From NCBI RefSeq assembly GCF_001564455.1, contig NZ_CP011391.1:1440001-1472000 (forward strand): DNA of 32,000 nt. Direction: 5' to 3'. Every line of letters begins with the position of its first letter. The stretch's first letter is position 1. Source of the stretch: Faecalibaculum rodentium. GTDB lineage: Bacteria; Bacillota_I; Bacilli_A; Erysipelotrichales; Erysipelotrichaceae. Shown here piece after piece: positions 25,296 to 32,000 of the stretch. Made by a program: the position numbers and the translations under genes. The notes below the pieces were generated by a model. It ran no database searches. It had not been told where the DNA came from and worked only from the letters and a program-made list of their open reading frames with translations.

Positions 25296-25976
25296 CGCTC
25301 CTCTCACCATGCCGATGGTGGCCAGACTGCCGACGGTGGCCTGACTTTCTGCACCTCAGATGGAACAGTGTATGAGAACCCGAGATATCTGGCCAGAAGC
25401 GGAAGGAAGCTCAAAAGAGAACAGAAAAAGCTCTCCCGCAGGCAGAAAGGTTCCAATCGATATAACAGACAGAGACAGAAAGTGAACCGTCTGCATGCGA
25501 AGGTCCGGCACCAGAGACAGGACCAGATCCACAAGATGACGACCGGAATGACGGAAAGATACGATGAGAGCGTGATAGAGGACCTGAATGTGAGCGGGAT
25601 GGTCAAAAACCATAAGCTGGCCAGATCCATCTGTGATACAGGGTTCCATCAGATCCGTCGGATGCTTGAATACAAATGGGCCCAGAAAGGCAGGAAGCTT
25701 TCAGTCACCGATTGATTTGAGCCTACATCAAAAAAGTGCAGCCATTGCGGGGAAGTGAAAACCAAACTTGCCCTGAGAGACCGCACATATGTGTGTGAAG
25801 CCTGTGGAATGGTCATGGATCGTGACCAGAACGCAGCGATCAATAGACTGGCCGCCGGGAGTGCCCCGGAGGCCGAAAACGGACGTGGAGAGGATGTAAG
25901 ACCGGCATCATTGGCAGACTTCTGTGAAGCGTCAACCAGCCAAAGACTGGAGCTGTCCCTGGCAACGGGGGCATGA
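25296..25976 (+). pseudogene. tnpB: IS200/IS605-family TnpB (OrfB) relic: 5'-truncated, with an in-frame TGA
   Basis: Only the RuvC/Zn-finger half is present: (A)DGGLTFCTSDGTVYENP, VIEDLNVSGM, CSHCG...CEACG, DRDQNAAINR. The TGA at 25713-25715 interrupts ...KLSVTD*FEPTSKKCSHCG at a position where the family has Arg (V-D-R-F-x-P-S/T-S-K). No tnpA and no N-terminal half. Confidence 0.8.
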
Positions 25977-26399
25977 ACACCAAAACAAACTGGTTTTCAA
26001 CGGAATTCAAGCAATGGCAGTCCTGATGCAAACGGAGAGCCCAGGCTTACATCCGCTCAGAATCGCCCGTCAGACTGCATCTCCCTGACAGGTGCAAAGG
26101 TTGCCGCAGGATCTCTGGTAGAACTCACCGGAAAATTCAGTGAAGATTCCGGATATCCCGTTCTGAACGTTACATCCTGCACAGTTTTACAGAATACAGG
26201 AGGTGCCATCTCTGGTCCGGAAAACGTCACCAGACCAGATGATATTCCCCACCTGTCCAAAGGCAGCAACAACGATGCCCTGACTGTTGGAAGCCTTAAG
26301 GCAGCTGCCAGTGGGTATACATATACCTTCAATGTGGATTCCTGTGAACTGATTCAGAGTCTGCAGGCTGATACCCAAAATTCGAAGCAGAACTTCTGA
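25977..26399 (+). pseudogene. orphan 3' fragment of an unknown gene (no start codon), ending at a strong terminator
   Basis: 141 stop-free codons with no in-frame ATG and no RBS. The sequence looks protein-like (...GAKVAAGSLVELTGKFSEDSGYPVLNVTSCTVLQNTGG...YTYTFNVDSCELIQSLQADTQNSKQNF*). The stop at 26397-26399 is followed directly by an 11-bp-stem terminator. The 5' limit of the real fragment is unknown, because the first ~100 nt may belong to the TnpB-element right end. Confidence 0.4.
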
Positions 26400-26400
26400 A

Positions 26401-26440
26401 AACCAGGAGGCGGCATTCACTGCCTCCTGGTTTCCTTTCC
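26401..26440 (+). terminator. rho-independent terminator of the orphan gene fragment
   Basis: AACCAGGAGGC (26401-26411) pairs with GCCTCCTGGTT (26422-26432) around a 10-nt loop, followed by TTTCCTTTCC. Confidence 0.7.
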
Positions 26441-26594
26441 CGTTTTCCTGGAAAATGCCCGGCAGTTTCCTGCAGATGTGGGTTTGCATGGTGTGGATCT
26501 GTCCGCCGATGGTCATGACTGCCACTGTGCCCACATGTCCCGAGTCACTGGGATTCTCTGAATCCCCCTCCCCACCTCTCATTCCAGGCACGCC

Positions 26595-26637
26595 AAAAAG
26601 CTGCTTGCAGCCCCTTCATACGGAAACTGTATGCAGC
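26595..26637 (-). terminator. candidate terminator after yccF
   Basis: On the minus strand, GCTGC (26637..26633) pairs with GCAGC (26604..26600). They enclose an inner hairpin CATAC-AGTTTCC-GTATG and are followed by TTTTT (26599..26595). Confidence 0.4.
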
Positions 26638-26695
26638 CTTTTCTGTCATTTTCGCAGTCTTTCAGCCAGCATCGGCATCGGCATGAGAAGGTGTC

Positions 26696-27064
26696 TTATC
26701 TTGCAGACACCACCTGGGCGCCAAAGGGCATGAGTGCCAGCTTGGCGAATTTGAAGCACTGAAGACCCAGCGGAATGCCAATGATGGTCACACACAGCGC
26801 CAGTCCGTTGAGGACATTGCCCAGTGCCATTTCCAGGCCTCCGAAGATCAGCCAGAGAAGATTCATGAGAAATGACACACCGCCGCCGCTGTAGACAATG
26901 GTTTTGCCAAAGGGAAAGGCCACAAATGATGCGAACTTGAAGCACTCCGTGCCAATGGGAATGCCCACAATGGTGATGCACCAGACAAGACCCACGAAGA
27001 TCCAGCCAAGGGCCATCCACAGGCCGGCGAAAAGAAACCAGAATATATTGGCAATCGATGACAC
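26696..27064 (-). CDS. yccF: YccF-domain inner membrane protein (DUF307)
   Basis: It contains the duplicated YccF repeat (W..GW....W.ITIVGIPIG..CFKFA....PFG), present twice. I prefer the GTG at 27064, with SD GAAGGAG 8 nt upstream. The track start at 27073 has the SD abutting the start codon. Confidence 0.8.
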   Translation of the reverse strand: MSSIANIFWFLFAGLWMALGWIFVGLVWCITIVGIPIGTECFKFASFVAFPFGKTIVYSGGGVSFLMNLLWLIFGGLEMALGNVLNGLALCVTIIGIPLGLQCFKFAKLALMPFGAQVVSAR

Positions 27065-27256
27065 GAATATCACTCCTTCAAAAGCAGACCATCACACGCT
27101 GCATCAGCCTGTCGGATGTCTGTTTTGTACACCAGCTACGATACCACCATCAGGACATCAGACGGGTTATGAGACAAGGCATTTGTGTCAATGACAGACC
27201 ATGACTTCGCTCAGTCCGGGATGTACAGTGCGGCAGTCCGGACTTGCGGAACCATT

Positions 27257-27296
27257 CAGAAAAGGGCCACAGTCCGGTTGCAGCCGTACTGTGGCC
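27257..27296 (-). terminator. hairpin plus U-tract, probably the displaced terminator of the methyltransferase gene at 29894
   Basis: Minus-strand GGCCACAGT-(14 nt)-ACTGTGGCC (27296..27265) followed by CTTTTCTG. No minus-strand gene ends nearby unless the IS at 27371-29893 is removed. Confidence 0.5.
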
Positions 27297-27649
27297 TGTG
27301 TCTGCCTTATATGGGACTGCGCCTTAGCGCTTCTTTCCTTTTCGAATACGCAAAATTGGACAGGGTCCACCCCCTTCAATAAAGCGACCTTAGGGTCGAT
27401 CACCAAAGTCATAAAAGGTAGCTCCGAACCTTCATGGAGGTTCTAAAGCTGCCTTGTTTTGTTATAGTTGAATTAAGGAGTTATAGGGAGAGAATAACGA
27501 AGATTTCCCTGTGTTTATTGGTGAAAGTGGCTGAATGAAGATACTTTGGCAGTTCTCCGCTTAAGGAGGGAGTCAGTACCCCCTTCCAGTCACTGAAACA
27601 GTGATATCAGGAACTTTGTGATGAAACAAAAAAAAGGAGCAGAGCCCAA

Positions 27650-28282
27650 TTGATTGCCGTCAAGTTCTGCCGCTCCCTGTCTAATGACATGATCATGGTA
27701 CCGGGAAATCACCCTGAAATCAATTCATCTTTCCAGAATGGATATCAAAAAACTTGTAACAGGTTCTTCGCTGGTACCAGGAAATGCCCTGATTGCCATG
27801 ATGGTAAGCTGTACCGTCATGGTTCCTATCTCCGCAGTTTCGAAAGTCCCGTAAACGGCGTTCGTGACGAGGTGCTGATCCAGCGTGCAAAATGTTCCGT
27901 ATGCGGTAAAACTCATGCCCTCATCCCCGCTGAACTTGTTCCCTTCTCCCGCGTTCCGCTGCTGGCACAATTCCTGATAGCGGTCATGGCCGGCCTGTTC
28001 AAAGGCCCTGATCGCACTCTCCGTCAGGCAGAGTGCGAACTTGCCCGTTACGCTTTGCCTCCTGTCGTGATCCGCTATATCTCCAAACACATCGCCCAAT
28101 ACTGGTCTGATTTCCTTTCACTATTCTTAGACGCCACGCTGGAGGAATTGTGTCTTTTAGCCTGGAAAGACAGGAATAAACAACTTTTCCAAATGTCTAG
28201 ATATGAGATCGCACAAAGTTTTCCACCATTCCACACAGCTTTTATGACTCACCCCGTATCCTCTGCGATGATGACATCGTGA
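27650..28282 (+). CDS. zinc-ribbon accessory protein (resembles DUF6431-type proteins)
   Basis: 210 aa with paired CxxC motifs (CPDCHDGKLYRHGSYLRSF ... KCSVCGKTHALIPAELVPF). The stop TGA overlaps a GTG of the transposase frame (GTGA at 28279-28282). The start is uncertain: TTG at 27650, or ATG at 27689. Confidence 0.6.
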   Translation: MIAVKFCRSLSNDMIMVPGNHPEINSSFQNGYQKTCNRFFAGTRKCPDCHDGKLYRHGSYLRSFESPVNGVRDEVLIQRAKCSVCGKTHALIPAELVPFSRVPLLAQFLIAVMAGLFKGPDRTLRQAECELARYALPPVVIRYISKHIAQYWSDFLSLFLDATLEELCLLAWKDRNKQLFQMSRYEIAQSFPPFHTAFMTHPVSSAMMTS

Positions 28283-28296
28283 ACAGGAGGAATACC

Positions 28297-29787
28297 GTGT
28301 TGAATGCAGAAAAAGAATTCATGGTGGACTTTTTCGGGCTGGAACCAGGTGAGATCGAGGACATCAGCTATACCAGGCAGTCCGACAAACGACCTATACT
28401 GCGTGTCATTCTCACCAATGATCACGATCCATGCCCTGACTGCGGCTGCCCGCATCCCAGAGTGAAGGAATATATCCCAAAGAAGATCAAATATGCGGAT
28501 GGAGCTGGCAGGGACTGTATCCTGCTTTATCATGCCAGACGGTTCAAATGCCCAGCCTGCCACCGCACTTACTATGAGCCTTCTCCTTTCGTTCAGAAAA
28601 AGGGAAAGATCGCGGATAAAGTCGTATTCGACATATTGAAGGATCTCAAGGACTACAACCAGACCTTCGCTTCGGTAGGCCGCAAATACTGCGTTTCAGC
28701 CACCACGGTGTCCAATATCTTCGACGCCCATGTAGAGATCCCCAGGAAGAAGCTACCGTCACTCCTGTGCATAGACGAGGTCTATGCGATGAAGACCCAG
28801 GGAAGCAAGTATGTATGTCTGCTCCTTGATTTTGAAAAGCAGACACCTGTGGATCTGCTTCCAAACCGCTGGCTCCCTTCACTGCTTGAATATATGAGTC
28901 TGATCCCCGAGGAGGAAAGACTCGGAGTCAAAGCGGTCTGTTTCGATATGTACCCGGCTTACAGGAAAATGGTGAAAGCCTGCTTCCCCAACGCCATTGG
29001 CGTGGTGGACAGGTTCCATGTGATGCAGGAATTCACCCGCAGGCTGACAAAAGTCAGGATCCGGGTCATGAACAGGACCAGAGCCAGGCGGGAAAGGCTG
29101 AAGGAAGAAATGAAGGCCGTGGAAAGCGACTTCCCAAGGGAAAGATACCGGGACGATCCGTGCTGGCAGAGGATATCCGCTGACTGGCAGAAAACCTCTG
29201 ACCAGTATTATGTACTGAAGCATTTCCACTGGCTCCTCTCAAAAGATGAGGATCTGGATATCTTTGACCCAGGGAGAGAAGGACAATACAACCGACATTT
29301 TCAAAAATATATGACGCTCCTGCAGCTGCGGGAGATTCTTCTGGGTATCGACCCTGAACTGGAAGAAGCAGTGCGTTTGAAAAGGGTTTTGACTCACATG
29401 TATGAGTCGGGAACATATGATAAAGCAGGAGAACAGCTGTTCAACGAAACTTATGTAGCGTTCAGGAACAGTTCCATCAAAGAGATGAACGGATTCTCCA
29501 GAACGATGAAGGAATGGAGAGATGAGATCTTCAATTCCTTCAACACAGTGACTGTTGAATACATGGTCAACAGGAGGAGCGAATATACGATCAAAAGCGT
29601 AAGGCTCCACAACGGGATCATTGAGAACCGCAACAAAATGATCAAGTGCATGAAACACAATTCCTATGGCTTTACCAACTGGGTCAGGTTCAGGAATCGT
29701 GTAATGTATGTGCTCGATCCAAAAGCGACATATTCTCTGGAGCCCAGGTTCGGCAGTAAGGCTGTGAAAAAGAAGAAAAACAAGTAG
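28297..29787 (+). CDS. ISL3 family transposase
   Basis: N-terminal zinc finger (CPDCGC...KCPACHRTYYE). DDE region (LCIDEVYAM, VCFDMYPAY, HNGIIENRNKMIKCMK). I prefer the GTG at 28297, preceded by AGGAGG plus 6 nt. The track start is at 28279. Confidence 0.9.
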   Translation: MLNAEKEFMVDFFGLEPGEIEDISYTRQSDKRPILRVILTNDHDPCPDCGCPHPRVKEYIPKKIKYADGAGRDCILLYHARRFKCPACHRTYYEPSPFVQKKGKIADKVVFDILKDLKDYNQTFASVGRKYCVSATTVSNIFDAHVEIPRKKLPSLLCIDEVYAMKTQGSKYVCLLLDFEKQTPVDLLPNRWLPSLLEYMSLIPEEERLGVKAVCFDMYPAYRKMVKACFPNAIGVVDRFHVMQEFTRRLTKVRIRVMNRTRARRERLKEEMKAVESDFPRERYRDDPCWQRISADWQKTSDQYYVLKHFHWLLSKDEDLDIFDPGREGQYNRHFQKYMTLLQLREILLGIDPELEEAVRLKRVLTHMYESGTYDKAGEQLFNETYVAFRNSSIKEMNGFSRTMKEWRDEIFNSFNTVTVEYMVNRRSEYTIKSVRLHNGIIENRNKMIKCMKHNSYGFTNWVRFRNRVMYVLDPKATYSLEPRFGSKAVKKKKNK

Positions 29788-29893
29788 AATCAGGGGCTGC
29801 CCACAAAGTGGACAGCCCCTGAGTGCTTACTGTGATGTTCAAACTCCAAAGCTCTGTAGGGTAACGGAAACCCTAAGGTATCTTTGGATGGGG

Positions 29894-31198
29894 TTAGTCT
29901 TCCTCCCTATCCAATTTTGGAGTGCCTCCTTTTCCCGGCCTGCGTCCCGGTTTCATACCCGAGAAACCACCCGGGCGTCCATGCCCCTTCACCGGTCTGG
30001 CCGGCCGTCCTGCCACTGCCGATTTCTTCGAAGGATACTTTCCTTTTTTGATCCCCCGATACGTCAGCAGACACACCGTCTCAATGTGATCCGTGTTCGG
30101 GAACATATCCACGGGATAGATCGTATCCGTCAGGTAGCCGAAGCGCTTGAACTTCACCAGATCCCGCGCCTGGGTTCTCGGATCGCAGGAAATGTACAGG
30201 ATCTTCTTCGGCTTCAGACCGCAGGCCGCTTCAATGAAGGCCTCAGTTGTTCCCGCCCGCGGGGGATCCAGCACGATCGCATCAAACGAAGAATGGAACT
30301 TTCTGGCCTCCAGCATGAACTGCGTGGAGTCCATGGCCACAAACCGCGCATTGCGGATGCCATTCTGCCTGGCATTGTAGATGGCATTCTTCACCGCATC
30401 CTTGTTGATCTCCACACCCGTGACCTCGCTGCAGGCATCTGCCAGCGTCAGCCCAATGGTGCCCACACCACAATAGGTGTCCAGGACCTTGTCCGCCGGC
30501 TGCAGGTCCAGCAGCTGCTTCGCCAGTCCATAGAGCTTCTCGCACTGATCATGGTGGATCTGGTAGAAGGCACTTGCCGTGAAGGAAATCTTCAGACCAC
30601 AGAGTTCGTCCGTGATCATGCCATTGCCATACAGCACAATGGATTCATCCTGCAGCACCACACTCGTGTCCCGGGGATTGATGTTCTGGATCACCGTCTT
30701 GACCTGCGGGAACTCCTTCACCAGGGCATTGACGAAATTCCGGCGCCCCGGGAGCTGTTTCGAGCTCGTGACGAGCACCACCATCACCTCACCGGTTTCC
30801 TTCGCCCACCGCAGCAGCACATGGCGCAGGATACCGGTCCCGGTGTGTTCGTTGTAGAGCTCATACTTCATGCCGGAGACCGTTTTCGTGATGAAGTCAA
30901 TGATTTCATTCAGCAGCTGCGGATGCATCGCACAGCCGCTGGTGTTGATCACCCGGTGGCTCTTTGGCGCATACAGCCCGCTGTAGATCTTCTTGTCTTT
31001 GTCCTTCGCAAATCCGACAATCACCTTGTTCCGGTACCCGATGGCACTCTGCGCCATGATCACCGGCTCGACCTTCACCGAAAGATTTGCGTTTTTCATG
31101 ATATCCGTGACCTGTTCCTGCTTCAGTTTCGCCTGTTTGACACTCGGCACCGACAGCAGCGAACAGCCGCCGCATAATTTCTGTACATTGCATCGCAT
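29894..31198 (-). CDS. RNA (uracil-5-)-methyltransferase, RumA/RlmC-like, without TRAM domain, with a basic C-terminal tail
   Basis: Fe-S Cys cluster at the N-terminus (MRCNVQKLCGGC). SAM-binding motif VLDTYCGVGTIG, plus DPPRAG and catalytic-Cys context YISCDP. I prefer the ATG at 31198 (AGAGGTG plus 7 nt); alternatives are 31222 and 31300. Confidence 0.85.
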   Translation of the reverse strand: MRCNVQKLCGGCSLLSVPSVKQAKLKQEQVTDIMKNANLSVKVEPVIMAQSAIGYRNKVIVGFAKDKDKKIYSGLYAPKSHRVINTSGCAMHPQLLNEIIDFITKTVSGMKYELYNEHTGTGILRHVLLRWAKETGEVMVVLVTSSKQLPGRRNFVNALVKEFPQVKTVIQNINPRDTSVVLQDESIVLYGNGMITDELCGLKISFTASAFYQIHHDQCEKLYGLAKQLLDLQPADKVLDTYCGVGTIGLTLADACSEVTGVEINKDAVKNAIYNARQNGIRNARFVAMDSTQFMLEARKFHSSFDAIVLDPPRAGTTEAFIEAACGLKPKKILYISCDPRTQARDLVKFKRFGYLTDTIYPVDMFPNTDHIETVCLLTYRGIKKGKYPSKKSAVAGRPARPVKGHGRPGGFSGMKPGRRPGKGGTPKLDREED

Positions 31199-31379
31199 GG
31201 GATGACACCTCTGTTTCCTCATTGTTCTCTCTGCAACCCCAGTCAGCAGGCCGATGGATGCAGACAGCATGCAAGATCCCGGAACCGCTGCAGATTTCAC
31301 CGCCTGCAGGAACCGGACTCTGTTTCATTATAAAAGCTGGCGGCCGCAAATCTCCATGGTTTGAACCACGCCTTCCGCT

Positions 31380-31952
31380 TCAGTCTGTTTCCAGGCCGGC
31401 AAACGGCACGACTTCCCGGGGGGTTGCCGGATGATCCGACAGGTGTTTTTCCATCCACACCATGTCATACCAGCGTCCGAACTTATAACCGCATTTCTCA
31501 AATCGTCCCACCAGCCGATACCCCAGGTGCGCATGAAAGTGCATGCTGTTGTCATCCAGCCAGGGATCTTCCACCCCCGTCTGCGGTACTCCGATGCAGG
31601 CATTCAGATTGATGATCCCCTGTTTTCGCAGCACATCCTCCAGGGCTTTATAGAGCCGACGTCCCAGTCCCTGGCCTTTGACTGACGGGTGCAGATACAC
31701 CGTGGTTTCCACCGCCCAGTCATAGGCCCGGCGCTCTTTGAAGGCCCCGGCATAGGCGTACCCCAGCAGAAGACCGTCTTTCTCTGCCACCAGCCAGGGA
31801 TAGCGTTCCATCGTCCGCAGGATCCTGCCCCGGAACTCTTCCTCCGTCGGCATCTCCCACTCAAAGGTGATCGCCGTATGCTCCACATATGTACGGTAGA
31901 TTTCCAGCAGCTCCCTGGCATCCTTCGGCTTTGCCCTTCGAATTCTGACCAT
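31380..31952 (-). CDS. GNAT N-acetyltransferase, phosphinothricin/methionine-sulfoximine acetyltransferase-like
   Basis: 190 aa. IRRAKPKDARELLEIYRTYVEHTAITFEWEMPTEEEF... and the acetyl-CoA motif QGLGRRLYKALE match the PAT-type pattern from memory. Confidence 0.8.
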   Translation of the reverse strand: MVRIRRAKPKDARELLEIYRTYVEHTAITFEWEMPTEEEFRGRILRTMERYPWLVAEKDGLLLGYAYAGAFKERRAYDWAVETTVYLHPSVKGQGLGRRLYKALEDVLRKQGIINLNACIGVPQTGVEDPWLDDNSMHFHAHLGYRLVGRFEKCGYKFGRWYDMVWMEKHLSDHPATPREVVPFAGLETD

Positions 31953-32000
31953 AGTCTTTCCTTTCCTGTCCCAGCCGATCCCGGAAACCAGGTATGGCTT

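Larger units (their letters stand above)
27371..29893 (+). mobile_element. ISL3-family insertion sequence carrying an upstream accessory ORF (ends approximate)
   Basis: It contains an ISL3 transposase and a zinc-ribbon ORF. Its AT-richer composition starts near 27375. There are candidate imperfect terminal inverted repeats: AAAGCGACCTTAGGGT (27381-27396) against the reverse complement of ACCCTAAGGTATCTTT (29870-29885), 14/16, with flanking CCCC/GGGG. No 8-bp target duplication could be found. Confidence 0.6.

Noticed and set aside
25713-25976. Both in-frame stops in the TnpB/orphan frame are TGA, which raised the idea of TGA recoding.
   Set aside because: oppF, ppk1 and the intron RT in this window all terminate at TGA at the positions expected for their families. 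TGA is therefore an ordinary stop here. The first TGA is best explained as a CGA-to-TGA mutation.
26187-26591. 134-aa minus-strand ORF (and 26057..26332) in the accessory gap.
   Set aside because: It starts at a GTG directly after a T-run, with no SD. It reads through the 11-bp-stem terminator at 26401-26432 and has odd composition. The plus-strand frame is more protein-like. The stretch 26441-26594 remains unexplained non-coding sequence with only small hairpins.
27185-27446. Small overlapping ORFs (65-81 aa, both strands) between yccF and the IS.
   Set aside because: They have no RBS and they mutually overlap. They span the strong hairpin at 27265-27296 and the IS boundary. The region is better explained as a promoter/terminator spacer.
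27363-29901. 8-bp target-site duplication for the ISL3 element.
   Set aside because: I compared the flanks of every plausible end (for example GGGTCCAC against TTAGTCTT, and CCTTCAAT against GGATGGGG) and none match. No duplication is claimed, and the IS ends are reported as approximate.
1-32000. CRISPR arrays, rRNA genes, and toxin-antitoxin or restriction/defence gene pairs.
   Set aside because: There are no regularly spaced direct repeats. No rRNA-like sequence is present. None of the ORFs has nuclease/ATPase/methylase combinations typical of defence systems. The only RT is a bona fide intron maturase with its ribozyme.

Overview
This window looks like a GC-rich Firmicutes/Clostridia-type chromosome segment, mostly ordinary transport and carbon-metabolism genes with three mobile-element events. 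From left to right:
- A tRNA-Thr(CGU) with its own promoter and terminator.
- A truncated GH2-like gene and a MarR regulator.
- A frameshifted gene.
- A complete 1,910-nt class C (IIC) group II intron sitting 8 nt behind the terminator of a COG1101/COG4120/COG2984-type ABC importer.
- A five-gene opp-type peptide ABC operon.
- ppk1.
- A minus-strand sugar cluster: PRD regulator, galactitol-family PTS EIIB/EIIA/EIIC, an AraD-type epimerase, a DeoR regulator and a split transketolase.
- A flavodoxin-HAD pair.
- A decay/accessory zone: a 5'-truncated, nonsense-mutated TnpB relic, an orphan gene tail, yccF, and an ISL3-family IS with a zinc-ribbon accessory ORF. The IS is wedged between an RNA uracil methyltransferase gene and its likely terminator.
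- A PAT-like GNAT.

I found no CRISPR array, no rRNA and no convincing new multi-gene defence system. The best-supported unusual observations are:
- The intron can be delimited to the base, and its RT ORF is translated through ribozyme domain V.
- The PTS-epimerase-transketolase cluster is unusually minimal and its substrate is unknown.
- The TnpB/orphan-gene scar.
- ppk1 appears to be leaderless.

All family assignments come from reading the translations and from motif memory. No searches were run.
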